Source of the DNA: Terriglobia bacterium
GTDB taxonomy: Bacteria > Acidobacteriota > Polarisedimenticolia > Polarisedimenticolales > JAIQFR01
Direction: 5' to 3'
Length of the DNA: 64,000 nucleotides
Assembly: GCA_963748015.1 (NCBI GenBank)
Contig: CAVVHE010000004.1
Location: 1,408,001 to 1,472,000 of the forward strand
Positions 47,804 to 59,685 of the stretch are shown piece by piece. The position numbers were made by a program, and so were the translations under genes. The first letter of the stretch is position 1. Each line of letters begins with the position of its first letter. Under the pieces are notes generated by a model that had not been told where the DNA came from, did no database searches, and was given only the letters and a program-made list of their open reading frames with translations.

Positions 47804-49755
47804 GCGACCGCCCGAGGTTCTACCTGACGACGCCGATCTACTACGTCAACGACGAGCCCCACATCGGGCACACGTACACGACCGTCGTGGCCGACGCGGT
47901 CGCGCGCTACCGGCGGCTGACGGGCTTCGACGTCCGCTTCCTCACCGGGACGGACGAGCACGGCCAGAAGATCGAGCGCGCCGCGAAGGCGCAAGGCATC
48001 CGCCCGATCGAGCTGGCGGACCGCGTGGTGAGCCGCTTCGCCGGGTTGTGGAAGTCCCTTTCCATCAGCCACGACGACTTCATCCGCACCACCGAGGCGC
48101 GCCACCGGCTCGGCGTCGAGAAGCTCATCAAGAAGATGGCGGACGCGGGCGACGTCCACCTCGGCGCGTACGAGGGGATGTACTGCAGCGGCTGCGAGGC
48201 CTTCTTCCCCGAGAGCCAGATCGTGGACGGGAAGTGCCCCGACCAGGGGCACCCGGTCGAGAAGGTGAAGGAGGCGTCGTACTTCTTCCGCCTGTCACGC
48301 TACCAGGACCGTCTCCTCGAGCACTACCGGACGCACCCGGACTTCGTGCGCCCCGCTTCGCGCTTCAACGAGGTGAAGGCGTTCGTCGAGTCCGGGCTCA
48401 AGGACCTGAGCATCAGCCGCACCAGCATCTCCTGGGGCATCCCGTTCCCGGACGCCCCCGGCCACGTCGTGTACGTCTGGGTGGACGCGCTGACCAACTA
48501 CCTGAGCGCCCTCGGGTACGGAGCGCCCGAGGACTCGCCGCTCGGCGCCTACTGGCCCGCGCAGGTGCATCTCGTCGGCAAGGACATCCTCCGGTTCCAC
48601 GCGGTGTACTGGCCCGCGTTCCTGATGTCCGCGGGCGAGCCGCTCCCCGAATGCGTGTACGGCCACGGATGGTGGCTCAAGGACGACGCGAAGATGTCCA
48701 AGAGCCTCGGGAACGTGGTCAAGGCCGAGCCGCTGCTCCGCGATTTCGGCGCCGACGCGCTCCGGTACTTCCTCCTTCGCGAGATGACCTTCGGCCTCGA
48801 CGGCACGTATTCCGACGAGCAGTTCCTCGACCGCTACAACGGCGACCTGGCCAACGACCTGGGGAACCTCTCGAGCCGGATCCTGACGCTGATCGACACC
48901 AACTGCGGCGGGCGCCTCCCCGACTCGCCGGACCTCCCCGAGACGGACGAGCTGCGCCCGGCGGCCGCCGGCGCGCACGCCGCATGGCGGGAGGCGTTCG
49001 ACGCCTTCGATTTCAGCAACGGCCTGATCGCCGCCTGGTCGCTGATCGGAGAGACGAACCGGTTCCTGGTGCGCCACGCGCCGTGGGCGCTCGCCGGCGA
49101 TCCCGCGCTCGCCGGGAGAATGCACGCCATCCTGCGGGGCGCGGCCGAGGCCCTCTTCCAGGCGGCGGCGATGGCCTCGCCCGCGATGCCCGTGGCCGCG
49201 GCGGAGATCGCGTCGCGGCTCGGCGCCACGCTGCCGGAGGATCTCTCCTCCTTCCGCTGGGGTCTCCTCCCCGCCGCGGCGCCCGTCGCGAAGCGCGGTC
49301 CGCTCTTCCCGCGCGTGGACAAGAAAGCCTACTTCAAGGAGACGAAGACCGTGGAAGACTCGACGTCCGCTCCGCAGCCGCCTCCCCCTCCCCCGCCCGC
49401 GCCCAAGCCCCCGGCCCCCGAGGCGGGCGCGGGACTGCTGGGCATCGAACAGTTCCTCGCGACGGAGCTGCGCGTCGCCCTCGTCGTCGCCGCGGAGCGG
49501 GTCGAGGGAGCGGACAAGCTCCTGAAGCTCCAGGTGGACCTCGGCACCGAGCGGCGTCAGGTCATCGCGGGGATCGCGAAGGCTTACGCCCCCGAGGCCC
49601 TCGTGGGCAAGCGCATCATCGTGGTCGCGAACCTGAAGCCGGCGCGCATCCGCGGGCTCGAGAGCCAGGGAATGCTGCTCGCCGCCGATTTCGGGGGGCG
49701 GCCGATCGTCGCGGTGTTCGAGGAGGACGTGCCGCCCGGCACTCGCGTACGGTAG
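47800..49755 (+). CDS. metG: Methionine--tRNA ligase
   Basis: PHIGH, TGTDEHGQK, KMSKS, C-terminal tRNA-binding OB domain. Confidence 0.98.
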   Translation: MSDRPRFYLTTPIYYVNDEPHIGHTYTTVVADAVARYRRLTGFDVRFLTGTDEHGQKIERAAKAQGIRPIELADRVVSRFAGLWKSLSISHDDFIRTTEARHRLGVEKLIKKMADAGDVHLGAYEGMYCSGCEAFFPESQIVDGKCPDQGHPVEKVKEASYFFRLSRYQDRLLEHYRTHPDFVRPASRFNEVKAFVESGLKDLSISRTSISWGIPFPDAPGHVVYVWVDALTNYLSALGYGAPEDSPLGAYWPAQVHLVGKDILRFHAVYWPAFLMSAGEPLPECVYGHGWWLKDDAKMSKSLGNVVKAEPLLRDFGADALRYFLLREMTFGLDGTYSDEQFLDRYNGDLANDLGNLSSRILTLIDTNCGGRLPDSPDLPETDELRPAAAGAHAAWREAFDAFDFSNGLIAAWSLIGETNRFLVRHAPWALAGDPALAGRMHAILRGAAEALFQAAAMASPAMPVAAAEIASRLGATLPEDLSSFRWGLLPAAAPVAKRGPLFPRVDKKAYFKETKTVEDSTSAPQPPPPPPPAPKPPAPEAGAGLLGIEQFLATELRVALVVAAERVEGADKLLKLQVDLGTERRQVIAGIAKAYAPEALVGKRIIVVANLKPARIRGLESQGMLLAADFGGRPIVAVFEEDVPPGTRVR

Positions 49756-49766
49756 GTCTCGCGGGG

Positions 49767-50005
49767 GCCGGCGGTTCGGGTGCGAATCCACCTCTTCGCG
49801 GCACGCTGCGCCGCTGCGCGGCGAACTTCGCCGCGCCGGCAAGTTGCCGGCCCTCGGCCCCCGGCCGAGGACCGGCAACCTCGGCTGAAATGAACAGAGC
49901 ATCGATATACAGCCTCGGTTCCGCTTTTCGAGCGGCCTTTTGATGAAGAACCGGCCGCTCGAAAAGAGGGCCGCGAAGAGGTGGATTCGCACCCGAACCG
50001 CCGGC
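49767..50005 (+). repeat. Structured intergenic element E2 (36-bp perfect outer inverted repeat)
   Basis: 49767-49802 pairs with 49970-50005; four inner hairpins; 11 nt after metG stop. Confidence 0.85.
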
Positions 50006-50084
50006 GAGGAGCGACTAGCCCGGAGACGAGCACCCTCCTACGGACGGTGAGGGCCGCGAGGGACGATGGTGGCGGTGATTCCGC

Positions 50085-50420
50085 TCAGGAGCGCGTCGGC
50101 TCCTCGTACATGTAGCGGATGTGGCGCTTCCGGACGAACACGTTGGGCCCGTCGGTCCGGTTGATCTTGATCATGTCCCGGTCGTAGTACTCGATGACGC
50201 CGCGGACTTCCTCGCCATCCAGCAGGCGCAGCACCATCGGGGTGCGCCCTTCCTTGTTCTTGAAGAGGTAGCCGGCCTCGGCGCCCGTGGAGTCGCTCGG
50301 GGGCATCCTGCGCCCCGGCGGCGGCTGCGAGCCGCCGTGGGGCGGCCGTCCGCCGCCCCCGCCGCCCCCGCCTTCGCGCCGGCGCCACGGCTTCCCTCCA
50401 CCGTGCTGTGGCCCTTGCAT
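50085..50420 (-). CDS. Hfq/Sm-like RNA chaperone paralog with Gly/Arg/Pro-rich N-terminus
   Basis: TPMVLRLLDGEEVRGVIEYYDRDMIKI...VFVRKRHIRYM resembles Sm1/Sm2; GGGAGGT SD. Confidence 0.7.
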   Translation of the reverse strand: MQGPQHGGGKPWRRREGGGGGGGGRPPHGGSQPPPGRRMPPSDSTGAEAGYLFKNKEGRTPMVLRLLDGEEVRGVIEYYDRDMIKINRTDGPNVFVRKRHIRYMYEEPTRS

Positions 50421-50425
50421 GTTCG

Positions 50426-51448
50426 TCACCTCCCGGGATCCCCCGTCGAGGACGATCCCGCAGCCTGGAGCGCGGTCACCGCTGCCGTGAGGACGATGTC
50501 CTCCTCGGAGCAGCCGCGCGACAGGTCGTTGGCCGGACGGCTCAGGCCCTGGAGCACCGGGCCGATCGCCTCCGCGCCGCCGAGCCGCTGCACGAGCTTG
50601 TAGCCGATGTTGCCGGCATCGAGGTTCGGGAAGACCAGCACGTTGGCCTTCCCGGCGACCGTGCTCCCCGGCGCCTTGGACGCGCCGACCTTCGGAACGA
50701 TCGCGGCGTCGAGCTGCATCTCGCCGTCGACGGGGAAGCCGGGATTCATCGCCCGAAGCAGCTCGAGGGCGGCGACGACCTTGTCCACGGACTCGTGCTG
50801 CGCGCTCCCCTTCGTCGAGAACGAGAGGAGCGCGACCCGCGGTTGGCGCTCGGCGAGCTTCTCGAAGTTCCGGGCGGTCTGAAGCGCGATGTCCGCGAGC
50901 TGCGCGGCGTCCGGGTACGGCACCAGGGCGCAATCGGCGAACGCCAGCACGTCGTCCCCGCCCGCGGTCGGCTTCGGCAGCACCATCAGGAAGAACGACG
51001 AGACGATCTTCGCGTCGGGCGCGGGGCGTATGATCCGGAGCGCCGCGCGAAGCGTATCCGCCGTCGTGTGCTCGGCACCGGCCACGGAGCCGTCGGCGTC
51101 CCCGGCCTTCACCATCGCCGCGGCGTAGTACATCGGGTCGTCGAGCAGCTTCTGGATCTCGGCTCGCGGCGTACCCTTCGAGCGGAGCAGCTCTTCGACC
51201 ATGTCCACGTATCCCGCGCGGCCGGCGTGCTCCGCCGGGTCGGCGACCGGGACCGCACCGAGATCGACACCGTGCTGCCGCGCGGCCTCGAGCGTCGCGC
51301 CGCCAGGGCCGACCAGGATCGGCTTCACGATCCCTTCGCGCGCGAGGCGCGCGGCGGCCTTGAGCGTTCTCGGCTCGGTGCTCTCCGGGAAGACGATGCG
51401 CTGAGGGGATGCCTTGGCCTTCGCGAGGATGCTCTCGAGGAGTTTCAT
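50426..51448 (-). CDS. pta: Phosphate acetyltransferase
   Basis: [42 protein letters not shown]. Confidence 0.96.
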   Translation of the reverse strand: MKLLESILAKAKASPQRIVFPESTEPRTLKAAARLAREGIVKPILVGPGGATLEAARQHGVDLGAVPVADPAEHAGRAGYVDMVEELLRSKGTPRAEIQKLLDDPMYYAAAMVKAGDADGSVAGAEHTTADTLRAALRIIRPAPDAKIVSSFFLMVLPKPTAGGDDVLAFADCALVPYPDAAQLADIALQTARNFEKLAERQPRVALLSFSTKGSAQHESVDKVVAALELLRAMNPGFPVDGEMQLDAAIVPKVGASKAPGSTVAGKANVLVFPNLDAGNIGYKLVQRLGGAEAIGPVLQGLSRPANDLSRGCSEEDIVLTAAVTALQAAGSSSTGDPGR

Positions 51449-51491
51449 GGGGAGGTCATGCTACCACTTCGCGCGCGCGGCACACAGGGGG

Positions 51492-52361
51492 TCACCCCTT
51501 GCGCGCGACGAGCACTCGCGGGATGCCGCGGAGGTCCGGCAGCGTCTCGAGGTGCGCGAGGCCGGCTCGGACGGCGGCCTCCTTGGCGCCGGCCTCCCGC
51601 TTGAAGCCCAGCTCCACCACGAGGTGCCCGCCGGGGCGGAGCAGCCGGAGCGCCGCCACCGCGGCCGCGCCGTACGCCTCGAGGCCGGTCGGCCCGGGAA
51701 CGAGCGCCTGCCTCGGCTCGTGCACCCGCACCTCGGGCTCGAGCCCGATCCACTCCTCCTCGGCGACGTAGGGAGGATTGGAGAGCACCGCGTCCATCCG
51801 CCCCTCCCACTCGACGGGAGGCGAGGCAAGATCGGCGTGCGCGAAGACGATTCGATCCGCGGCGCCGTGCCGCTTCGCGTTGCCTCTCGCAACCTCGAGG
51901 GCGTCCTCCGAAAGGTCGAGCGCGAACAGGCGGAGGTCCGGCCGCGCGACCGCCAGCGCGATCGCGATGCAGCCGCTGCCGGTTCCGAGGTCCGCGACAG
52001 AGGCCGACGGCGGGAGGCCCAGGCCGAGAGCGGCGATCACGACCCCCTCGGTCTCCGGCCGGGGAACGAGGACGCGCGCATCGACGCGGAACGGGAGCCC
52101 CATGAACTCCTGCTCGCCGGTCAGGTACTGGAACGGCTCGCGCGTCTCGCGCCGGGCGAGGAGCGCCTCGAAGCGCGCGGACGACGCGTCGTCGAGCGGA
52201 TCGGGGCGTCGGGCGACGACCCCTCCGCGGTCCTTCCCGAGGACGAACCCCATGAGGAGCTCGGCCTCCCGCCGCGGATCCGGGACCGCGGCGAGCGACA
52301 GGCGCTCCGCGGCGGCGTCGAGCGCCTCGCCGAGGGTCGGGAAGGGGCCAGGCGGTCTCAG
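51492..52361 (-). CDS. prmC: Release factor glutamine methyltransferase (probable CTG start)
   Basis: [28 protein letters not shown]; follows prfA. Confidence 0.93.
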   Translation of the reverse strand: MRPPGPFPTLGEALDAAAERLSLAAVPDPRREAELLMGFVLGKDRGGVVARRPDPLDDASSARFEALLARRETREPFQYLTGEQEFMGLPFRVDARVLVPRPETEGVVIAALGLGLPPSASVADLGTGSGCIAIALAVARPDLRLFALDLSEDALEVARGNAKRHGAADRIVFAHADLASPPVEWEGRMDAVLSNPPYVAEEEWIGLEPEVRVHEPRQALVPGPTGLEAYGAAAVAALRLLRPGGHLVVELGFKREAGAKEAAVRAGLAHLETLPDLRGIPRVLVARKG

Positions 52362-53455
52362 GCCGAGACCTCCTCGCGGAGCCGCTCGGCCTGATCGTGG
52401 GAGGAGAGGGCCTCGACGATCGCGCCGAGGTCGCCGTTCATCACGTTCTGGAGCGCGTGCACGGTGAGGCCGATGCGGTGGTCGGTGACCCGGCTCTGGG
52501 GGAAGTTGTACGTGCGGATCTTCTGGCTGCGGTCGCCGGAGCCGATCATGTCGCGCCGCTGACTGGCGATCGCCTCGTGCTGCTCCCGGCGCTTCATGTC
52601 GTAGAGCCGGGACCGCAGCACCTGCAGCGCCCTCGCCTTGTTCTTGTGCCACGACTTCTCGTCCTGGCACTGGACGACGGTGTTGGTCGGCAGGTGCGTG
52701 ATCCGGACCGCGGAGTAGGTCGTGTTCACGCTCTGCCCGCCGGGGCCCGACGAGCAGAAGGTGTCGATCCTGATCTCCTTCTCGTCGATGTGGATCTCGA
52801 CGTCGTCGGCCTCGGGGAGGACGGCCACGGTGACCGCGGAGGTGTGGATCCTCCCCTGGGACTCCGTGGCGGGGACGCGCTGGACGCGGTGCACGCCGCT
52901 CTCGTACTTGAGGCGGCTGTAGACGCGGTCCCCCTCGATGAGCGCGATGACCTCCTTGATCCCCCCGACGGTACTCTCGGACAGGTCCGTCGTCTGGACC
53001 TTCCAGCCCTGCCCTTCCGCGTAGCGCGAGTACATCCGGAAGATCTCGGCGGCGAACAGCGAAGCCTCGTCGCCGCCGGTCCCGGCGCGGATCTCGAGCA
53101 CGACGTTCTTCGCGTCGGCGGGGTCGGTGGGGAGGAGCAGGATGGTGAGCTGCCGCTCGAGCTCGTCGAGCTGCGCCTCGAGCGCCTTGGTCTCCTCCCC
53201 CGCCATCGCCCGCATCTCGGGATCGTCGGAGGAGTCGTGGAGCTCCCGGGCGCCGGCGAGGTCGGATGCCACCCGCCGGTACGTGGCGAACCCGTCCACG
53301 ATCGGCTTCAGCTCGGAGTACTGCTTCGTCGCCGCCCGGTACCGCGTCATGTCGTTCACGACGTCGGGGTCGGCCAGGGCGCTTCCCAGCTCCTGGTATC
53401 GCGCCTCCAGGAACTTGAGCTTGTTCTCCAGCTTGGGGTCGAGGGTTCCCGCCAT
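52358..53455 (-). CDS. prfA: Peptide chain release factor 1
   Basis: GGQ motif, PAT tripeptide in [15 protein letters not shown]. Confidence 0.98.
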   Translation of the reverse strand: MAGTLDPKLENKLKFLEARYQELGSALADPDVVNDMTRYRAATKQYSELKPIVDGFATYRRVASDLAGARELHDSSDDPEMRAMAGEETKALEAQLDELERQLTILLLPTDPADAKNVVLEIRAGTGGDEASLFAAEIFRMYSRYAEGQGWKVQTTDLSESTVGGIKEVIALIEGDRVYSRLKYESGVHRVQRVPATESQGRIHTSAVTVAVLPEADDVEIHIDEKEIRIDTFCSSGPGGQSVNTTYSAVRITHLPTNTVVQCQDEKSWHKNKARALQVLRSRLYDMKRREQHEAIASQRRDMIGSGDRSQKIRTYNFPQSRVTDHRIGLTVHALQNVMNGDLGAIVEALSSHDQAERLREEVSA

Positions 53456-53499
53456 GGCTCAGCTTCAGGTGGGACCGGCGCAGGGCGGCGCCGCATCCC

Positions 53500-53721
53500 T
53501 CAGTTGGCGGTCTCGGCGCCCTGCTTCTTGGTGTAGCGCTTCTCGAACCGCTCGATGCGGCCCGCGGCGTCCACCAGCTTCTGCTTCCCGGTGAAGAACG
53601 GGTGGCAGGCGGAGCAGATCTCGACCCGCATCTCCTTCTTGGTCGACCGGGTCGCGAAGCTGTTGCCGCACGCGCAGACCACGGTAAGGTCGTGGTACTC
53701 GGGGTGAATCTTTGCCCTCAT
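53500..53721 (-). CDS. rpmE: 50S ribosomal protein L31 (zinc-binding type)
   Basis: [19 protein letters not shown]. Confidence 0.97.
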   Translation of the reverse strand: MRAKIHPEYHDLTVVCACGNSFATRSTKKEMRVEICSACHPFFTGKQKLVDAAGRIERFEKRYTKKQGAETAN

Positions 53722-53787
53722 GTCCCTACCTCTCGCTTCCAAAGTGCTGAATTATAGGGGACTCCGCCCCGTCCCGCAACGCCCGCC

Positions 53788-54023
53788 CTCAACCACGGGC
53801 GCGTACTCGGGCGGGAGTCCCTTCCCGGGCCCTGTTTTGCATGTGCCCGCCCGCTCTCAGCCACGGGCGCGGACTCGGGCGGCGAGGTCCCTTCCCGGGC
53901 CCTGTTTTGCATGCGCCCGCTATTCCTTAGCGGGCGCATGCAAAACCGGAGCGAGCGGGACGCGGCAGAACGCGAACCCGCGAGCGTGCCCGGGAAGGGA
54001 CCTCGCCGCCCGAGTACGCGCCC
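53788..54023 (-). repeat. Structured intergenic element E3 (36-bp outer inverted repeat) plus duplicated arm
   Basis: 53865-53900 pairs with 53988-54023 (1 mismatch); 53788-53850 is a direct copy of the adjacent arm; 6 nt after rho stop. Confidence 0.85.
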
Positions 54024-54029
54024 CCCCAA

Positions 54030-55274
54030 CTACGCCATGCTGTTGAGGAACTCCTCGTTCGTCTGGGTCTTGAGGAGCTTGTCGCGGAGCAGCTCCATCG
54101 CCTCGACGGGGGACATCTGCTGCAGGACCTTGCGGAGGACCCACGTGCGGTCCAGCTCCTTCTTGGTGAGGAGCAGCTCCTCCTTGCGGGTCCCCGAGCG
54201 CATCAGGTCCACCGCGGGGAACACGCGGCGGTCGGCGAGCTTCCGGTCGAGGTTGATCTCCATGTTCCCGGTTCCCTTGAACTCCTCGAAGATCACGTCG
54301 TCCATCCGGGAGCCGGTGTCGATCAGCGCGGTCGCCATGATCGTCAGCGACCCGCCCTCCTCCACGTTTCGCGCCGCGCCGAAGAACCGCTTCGGCTTCT
54401 GGAGGGCGTTCGCATCGAGTCCTCCCGACAGCACGCGCCCGGACGACGTCTGGACCGAGTTGTAGGCGCGCGCGAGACGGGTGACCGAGTCGAGGAGCAG
54501 GACGACGTCGCGCCGGGCCTCCACGAGCCGCTTGGCCTTCTCCATCACCATCTCCGCGACCTGGACGTGCCTCGTCGCGGGCTCGTCGAAGGTCGAGGAG
54601 ATCACCTCGCCCTGGACCGACCGGCGCATGTCGGTGACCTCCTCGGGCCGCTCGTCGATCAGCAGGACGATGAGGTAGACCTCGGGGTGGTTCTGCGTGA
54701 TGGCGTGCGCCATCGCCTGGAGCATCATCGTCTTTCCGGTGCGAGGCGGGGAGACGATGAGACCGCGCTGTCCCTTGCCGAGCGGGACCATGAGGTCGAG
54801 GACGCGGCCGGAGACGTCCGGGCCGGGGAGCTCGACGCGGAGGCGTTCCTGCGGGTAGAGCGGCGTCAGGTTGTCCCACGGAGTGCGCCCCTGGCTCTCC
54901 TCCGGGGAGCGGCTGTTGACCGAGTCCAGCTTGGCGAGGGCGAAGTACTTCTCCCCCGGCTTCGGGGGTCGCAGCTCGCCGACGATCGAGTCGCCGGTCA
55001 GCAGGCCGAACCGCCGGATCTGCGCCGGCGACACGTAGACGTCGTCCGGTCCGGGGAGGTAGCTCGCCTCCTGCGCCCGCAGGAAGCCGTAGCCGTCCTG
55101 GAGCTTCTCGAGGACTCCCTCGGCGCGGATCGAGCCGTTCCGCGCGGCCTCGGTCTGCAGGATGCGGTAGACCAGGTCCTGGCGGCGAAGGCCGCCGGCT
55201 CCCGGCACGTCCATGCGCGCCGCCAGCTTGACCAGCTGCGACGCCTCCATCGTTTTCAGCTCGCGAATGTCCAT
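54030..55274 (-). CDS. rho: Transcription termination factor Rho
   Basis: [36 protein letters not shown]. Confidence 0.98.
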   Translation of the reverse strand: MDIRELKTMEASQLVKLAARMDVPGAGGLRRQDLVYRILQTEAARNGSIRAEGVLEKLQDGYGFLRAQEASYLPGPDDVYVSPAQIRRFGLLTGDSIVGELRPPKPGEKYFALAKLDSVNSRSPEESQGRTPWDNLTPLYPQERLRVELPGPDVSGRVLDLMVPLGKGQRGLIVSPPRTGKTMMLQAMAHAITQNHPEVYLIVLLIDERPEEVTDMRRSVQGEVISSTFDEPATRHVQVAEMVMEKAKRLVEARRDVVLLLDSVTRLARAYNSVQTSSGRVLSGGLDANALQKPKRFFGAARNVEEGGSLTIMATALIDTGSRMDDVIFEEFKGTGNMEINLDRKLADRRVFPAVDLMRSGTRKEELLLTKKELDRTWVLRKVLQQMSPVEAMELLRDKLLKTQTNEEFLNSMA

Positions 55275-55894
55275 GCCCTGCCCTTGCCCTTCGTCGCCGC
55301 CCGTGCCTCGAGCGACCGGTCGAGATGCGACCAGATTTCACGAATACCCAACCCCGTCTTCGCCGACACCAGCAGCGGCGCAACACCTTCCGGCGAGGGT
55401 CCCAGCGCCTCGCGGACCGCGCGGCCTGCCGTCGCGCGCTCGTTCCCCGACAGCTTGTCGGCCTTCGTCGCGACCGCCACGAACGGGGCGCCTCTCGCGA
55501 CCAGCCAGTCCCTCATCATCAGGTCGAGTTCGGTGGCCCCCTGCCGGGCGTCCACGATGAGGACCGCGATGGCGATCCGCTCGTGCTGGCGCTCCAGGAA
55601 ACCCTGCGCCATCGGACGCCAGGAGCGCCGGATCTCCTCGGGGACCTTCGCGAAGCCGTACCCCGGCAGGTCCACGAACCAGAGCGCCTCGTTGATCCTG
55701 TAGAAGTTCACGCTCTGCGTGCGCCCCGGCGTCGAGGAGGTCCGGGCCAGGTTGCTCACGCCGAGCAGCCGGTTGATCAGCGAGGACTTCCCCACGTTCG
55801 ATCGCCCGAGGAACACGACGCACGGTCCGGAGCCCCGGGGCTCGTCCTCGGCCCGGTGGGCGGCGCGCTCGAAACGGCAGGAGACGATCTTCAC
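55256..55894 (-). CDS. engB: Ribosome biogenesis GTPase EngB/YihA
   Basis: [25 protein letters not shown]. Confidence 0.96.
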   Translation of the reverse strand: MKIVSCRFERAAHRAEDEPRGSGPCVVFLGRSNVGKSSLINRLLGVSNLARTSSTPGRTQSVNFYRINEALWFVDLPGYGFAKVPEEIRRSWRPMAQGFLERQHERIAIAVLIVDARQGATELDLMMRDWLVARGAPFVAVATKADKLSGNERATAGRAVREALGPSPEGVAPLLVSAKTGLGIREIWSHLDRSLEARAATKGKGRAWTFAS

Positions 55895-55958
55895 GGGCGA
55901 TTCGACCGCGCCGCTTCGCGGCGATCCGGAACGATCCCCCGGCGACGCTTCCGGGGGA

Positions 55959-58391
55959 TCAATGGGTGACGGATCCGTCTTCGGGACGATCGTCGGCCGC
56001 GTCGGCCGCGTCGTCGGTCCGGATCTCGGCGCTCGGGGGCAGCGGCCCGATGAGCGCGATCTCGAGGACCTCGTCCATCTGCTCCACGAGGCAGAATCTC
56101 AGCTGCTTCGAGATGTCGTCGGGGATGTCCGCGAGGTCCTTCTCGTTGTCGCGGGGGAGGATCACGGTCGTCGTGCCGAACCGGTGCGCGGCGAGGACCT
56201 TTTCCTTGACCCCGCCGATCGGCAGGACCTTTCCGCGGAGGGTGATCTCGCCGGTCATCGCCACGTCCTGCCGCACCGCGACCCCGGTGAGCAGCGAGGT
56301 CAGCGCGACCGCCATCGTGATGCCCGCCGAGGGGCCGTCCTTGGGAATCGCCCCCTCCGGGACGTGCACGTGCAGGTCGTACTTCCGGTAGAACTGCGGG
56401 TCGATCCCGAGCAGGTCGGAGCGGCTCCGTATCCAGGAGAGCGCGGCCTGCGCCGACTCCTGCATCACCTCGCCGAGCTGGCCCGTGAGGGTCATCCTCC
56501 CGCGCCCCCGCATCAGGGTCGCCTCGGTGGTGAGGATCTCGCCCCCTACCTCGGTCCACGCCAGCCCGGTCGCCACGCCGACCTCCGGCGCGTGCCGGTC
56601 CTCGCGCTGCGGGTGGTAGCGCGGCACGCCGAGCAGCTCGACGACGCGCGCCGCCGTGAGCGGCTCGCCCGGCTTGTACTCGCCGGCCACCGTCTTTCGG
56701 GCGACCTTCCGGCAGATCGACGCGATCTCGCGCTCGAGGTTCCGGACGCCGGCCTCGCGCGTGTAGCGCTCGACGATCTCGATGATCCCGGCGTCCTCGA
56801 ACGCCAGCTTCGCGCGCTTCAAGCCGTGGGCCTTGACCTGCTTCGGCACCAGGTACTTCTGCCCGATCGCCATCTTCTCGTTGAGCGTGTACCCGGCGAT
56901 CCGGATCATCTCGGTCCGGTCTCTCAGCGCCGGCGGGATCGTGTGGATCACGTTCGCCGTCGCGATGAACATCACCTCGGAGAGGTCGAACTCGGTGTCC
57001 ACGTAGTGATCGAGGAACGAGTGGTTCTGCTCGGGGTCGAGGACCTCGAGAAGGGCCGCCGACGGGTCGCCGCGGAAGTCCGCGGCCATCTTGTCCACCT
57101 CGTCGAGGAGGAACACCGGGTTCTTCGTCCCGGCCTTGCGCATCATCTGGATGATCTGCCCGGGGAAGGCGCCGATGTAGGTCCTCCGGTGGCCCCTTAT
57201 CTCCGCCTCGTCGCGGACGCCGCCGAGCGACAGCCTGACGAACTTCCGCCCCGTCGCGCGGGCGATGGACTTGGCGAGCGAGGTCTTCCCGACGCCGGGG
57301 GGGCCGACGAAGCAGAGGATCGAGCCCTTCGTGTCCTTCGCCTTGACCAGGCGGCGGACCGCGAGGAACTCGAGGATCCTCTCCTTGATCTTCTCGAGCC
57401 CGTGGTGGTCCTCGTTCAGGATCCGCTCCGCGCGCCGGATGTCGGTCAGCTCGCGGCTCTTCTTGGCCCAGGGAAGGGCCAGCAGCCACTCGAGGTAGTT
57501 CCGGGACACCGTGGCCTCGGCCGAGACCGGCGGCATCACCTCGAGGCGCTTCAGCTCCTGTAGCGACTTCTCCTTGGCCTCGGGGGGCATCCCCGCCGCC
57601 TCGATCTTCTGCCGGAACTCCTCGATCTCGTTGACGCGGTCGTCCTTGCGGCCCAGCTCCTGCTGGATCGCCTTGATCTTCTCGTTGAGGTAGTACTCCT
57701 TCTGCGCCTTCTCCATCTGCTTCTTGACGCGGGTGTTGATCTTCTTGTCCACCCTCAGCTTCTCGATCTCGACCTCGAGGAGGCGCGCGACCTGCTCCAA
57801 CCGGTCCTTCGGAGCGATCGTCTCGAGGAGCCCCTGCTTGTCCTCGAGGCCGATGGGAAGGTGGGCGGCGACGGTGTCCGCCAGCCGGCCCGGATCGCCG
57901 ATGCGGACGGTGGACAGCAGCGTCTCGTAGGGAAGGCCGGGCGAGTACTTGATGTAGCGCTCGAAGAGTGTCGAGACGCGGTTCATCGTTTCCTGGAGCT
58001 CGGGGGTGACCTCGATCTGCCGGTCGATCGGCTTCAGCACCGTCCGGAAGAACCCCTCCGGCGTCTCTTCGATCTCGAGGACGCGCGCCCGGTGCGCCCC
58101 CTCGACCAGCAGCTTCACGTTGCCGTTCGGGAGCTTGAGGTGCTGCACGATCGAGGCGACCGTGCCGACGGTGTTGATCTCGTCGGCGGACGGCTGGTCC
58201 ACCTTGGCGCTCCGCTGCGTGGACAGGAAGATGCGCTTGTCGCCCGACAAGGCGTTCTCGACCGCCAGCAGCGAGGCCCTGCGCCCCACCACGAAGGGAA
58301 CCATGGTGTGGGGGAACACCACGATGTCCCGGAGGGGGACCATGGGAAGGCTGGTCACGCTGTCGGCGGAACGCGAAGCGCGTTCGTCCAT
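55959..58391 (-). CDS. lon: Lon protease
   Basis: [29 protein letters not shown]. Confidence 0.98.
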   Translation of the reverse strand: MDERASRSADSVTSLPMVPLRDIVVFPHTMVPFVVGRRASLLAVENALSGDKRIFLSTQRSAKVDQPSADEINTVGTVASIVQHLKLPNGNVKLLVEGAHRARVLEIEETPEGFFRTVLKPIDRQIEVTPELQETMNRVSTLFERYIKYSPGLPYETLLSTVRIGDPGRLADTVAAHLPIGLEDKQGLLETIAPKDRLEQVARLLEVEIEKLRVDKKINTRVKKQMEKAQKEYYLNEKIKAIQQELGRKDDRVNEIEEFRQKIEAAGMPPEAKEKSLQELKRLEVMPPVSAEATVSRNYLEWLLALPWAKKSRELTDIRRAERILNEDHHGLEKIKERILEFLAVRRLVKAKDTKGSILCFVGPPGVGKTSLAKSIARATGRKFVRLSLGGVRDEAEIRGHRRTYIGAFPGQIIQMMRKAGTKNPVFLLDEVDKMAADFRGDPSAALLEVLDPEQNHSFLDHYVDTEFDLSEVMFIATANVIHTIPPALRDRTEMIRIAGYTLNEKMAIGQKYLVPKQVKAHGLKRAKLAFEDAGIIEIVERYTREAGVRNLEREIASICRKVARKTVAGEYKPGEPLTAARVVELLGVPRYHPQREDRHAPEVGVATGLAWTEVGGEILTTEATLMRGRGRMTLTGQLGEVMQESAQAALSWIRSRSDLLGIDPQFYRKYDLHVHVPEGAIPKDGPSAGITMAVALTSLLTGVAVRQDVAMTGEITLRGKVLPIGGVKEKVLAAHRFGTTTVILPRDNEKDLADIPDDISKQLRFCLVEQMDEVLEIALIGPLPPSAEIRTDDAADAADDRPEDGSVTH

Positions 58392-58443
58392 CCGTTCCTC
58401 CTGTCCTGGAAAAGTCTGATTCGGCGGGCGGTCGGGAGCCGGT

Positions 58444-59685
58444 CTAGCCGACCTTCTCCATCACGACGAGCGGGCTGCTCTTCTTGAGGACCACGTCCTT
58501 CGTGACCACGACCTCCTTCACGCCCGTCTGGGACGGGAGCGCGAACATCATGTCGAGCATCAGCTCCTCGACGATCATTCGCAGCCCCCGGGCGCCGATC
58601 TTCCGCTCGATCGCCAGCCGCGCCACGGCTTCGAGGGCGTCGTCCGTGAACCTCAGGCTCGCGCCCTCGTACTCGAAGATCTTCTGAAACTGCTTGACCA
58701 AGGCGTTGCGGGGCTCGGTGAGGATCTTGACCAGGGAGCCCGCGTCGAGCTCGTCGAGCACGGCCACCACGGGCAGGCGCCCCACGAATTCCGGAATCAT
58801 TCCGAACTTGATCAGGTCGAGGGGCTGCACCTGGCCGAGGACCTCCTGGAGGTTCTTCTCGCGGCGCGCCTTCACGTCGGCCTTGAATCCCATCGTCTTG
58901 CGGCCGATGCGCTGCTCGACGATTCCCTCGAGCCCGACGAACGCCCCGCCGCAGATGAACAGGATGTTCGTCGTGTCCACCGGGACGAACTCCTGGTGGG
59001 GGTGCTTGCGCCCGCCCTGCGGGGGGACGTTGGCGACGGTCCCCTCGAGGATCTTGAGGAGCGCCTGCTGCACGCCCTCGCCCGAGACGTCGCGGGTGAT
59101 CGAGGGGTTCTCGCCCTTGCGGGCGATCTTGTCCACCTCGTCGATGTAGATGATCCCGCGCTGGGCCTTCTCGACGTCGTTACCGGCGTTCTGCAGCAGC
59201 TTGAGGATGATGTTCTCGACGTCCTCGCCGACGTACCCGGCCTCGGTGAGCGTGGTCGCGTCCACCAGGGCGAACGGGACCGACAGCAGCCTCGCGAGGG
59301 TCTGCGCGAGGAGCGTCTTGCCGGAGCCGGTCGGCCCGATCAGGAGGATGTTCGACTTCTGGATCTCGACGTCGTTGCGGCGGCGCGACATCTCGTTGCG
59401 CTTGTAGTGGTTGTACACCGCGACCGCGAGGCGCTTCTTCGCCGAGTCCTGCCCGACCACGTACTCGTCGAGGAACGACTTGATCTCGACCGGCTTCGGG
59501 AGGCGCACCCTCCCCTCGCCGTCGTCCCCGTCCTTCTCCTCGGCGATGATGTCGAGGCAGATGTCCACGCACTCGTCGCAGATGTAGACGGTGGGGCCGG
59601 CGATGAGCTTCCGCACGTCCCTCTGGCTCTTGTTGCAGAAGGAGCACTTGAGGCCTTCGCCCCCCTCGGCCTTCTTGCGGGTCAT
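58444..59685 (-). CDS. clpX: ATP-dependent Clp protease ATP-binding subunit ClpX
   Basis: CSFC...CDEC zinc domain, [25 protein letters not shown]. Confidence 0.98.
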   Translation of the reverse strand: MTRKKAEGGEGLKCSFCNKSQRDVRKLIAGPTVYICDECVDICLDIIAEEKDGDDGEGRVRLPKPVEIKSFLDEYVVGQDSAKKRLAVAVYNHYKRNEMSRRRNDVEIQKSNILLIGPTGSGKTLLAQTLARLLSVPFALVDATTLTEAGYVGEDVENIILKLLQNAGNDVEKAQRGIIYIDEVDKIARKGENPSITRDVSGEGVQQALLKILEGTVANVPPQGGRKHPHQEFVPVDTTNILFICGGAFVGLEGIVEQRIGRKTMGFKADVKARREKNLQEVLGQVQPLDLIKFGMIPEFVGRLPVVAVLDELDAGSLVKILTEPRNALVKQFQKIFEYEGASLRFTDDALEAVARLAIERKIGARGLRMIVEELMLDMMFALPSQTGVKEVVVTKDVVLKKSSPLVVMEKVG

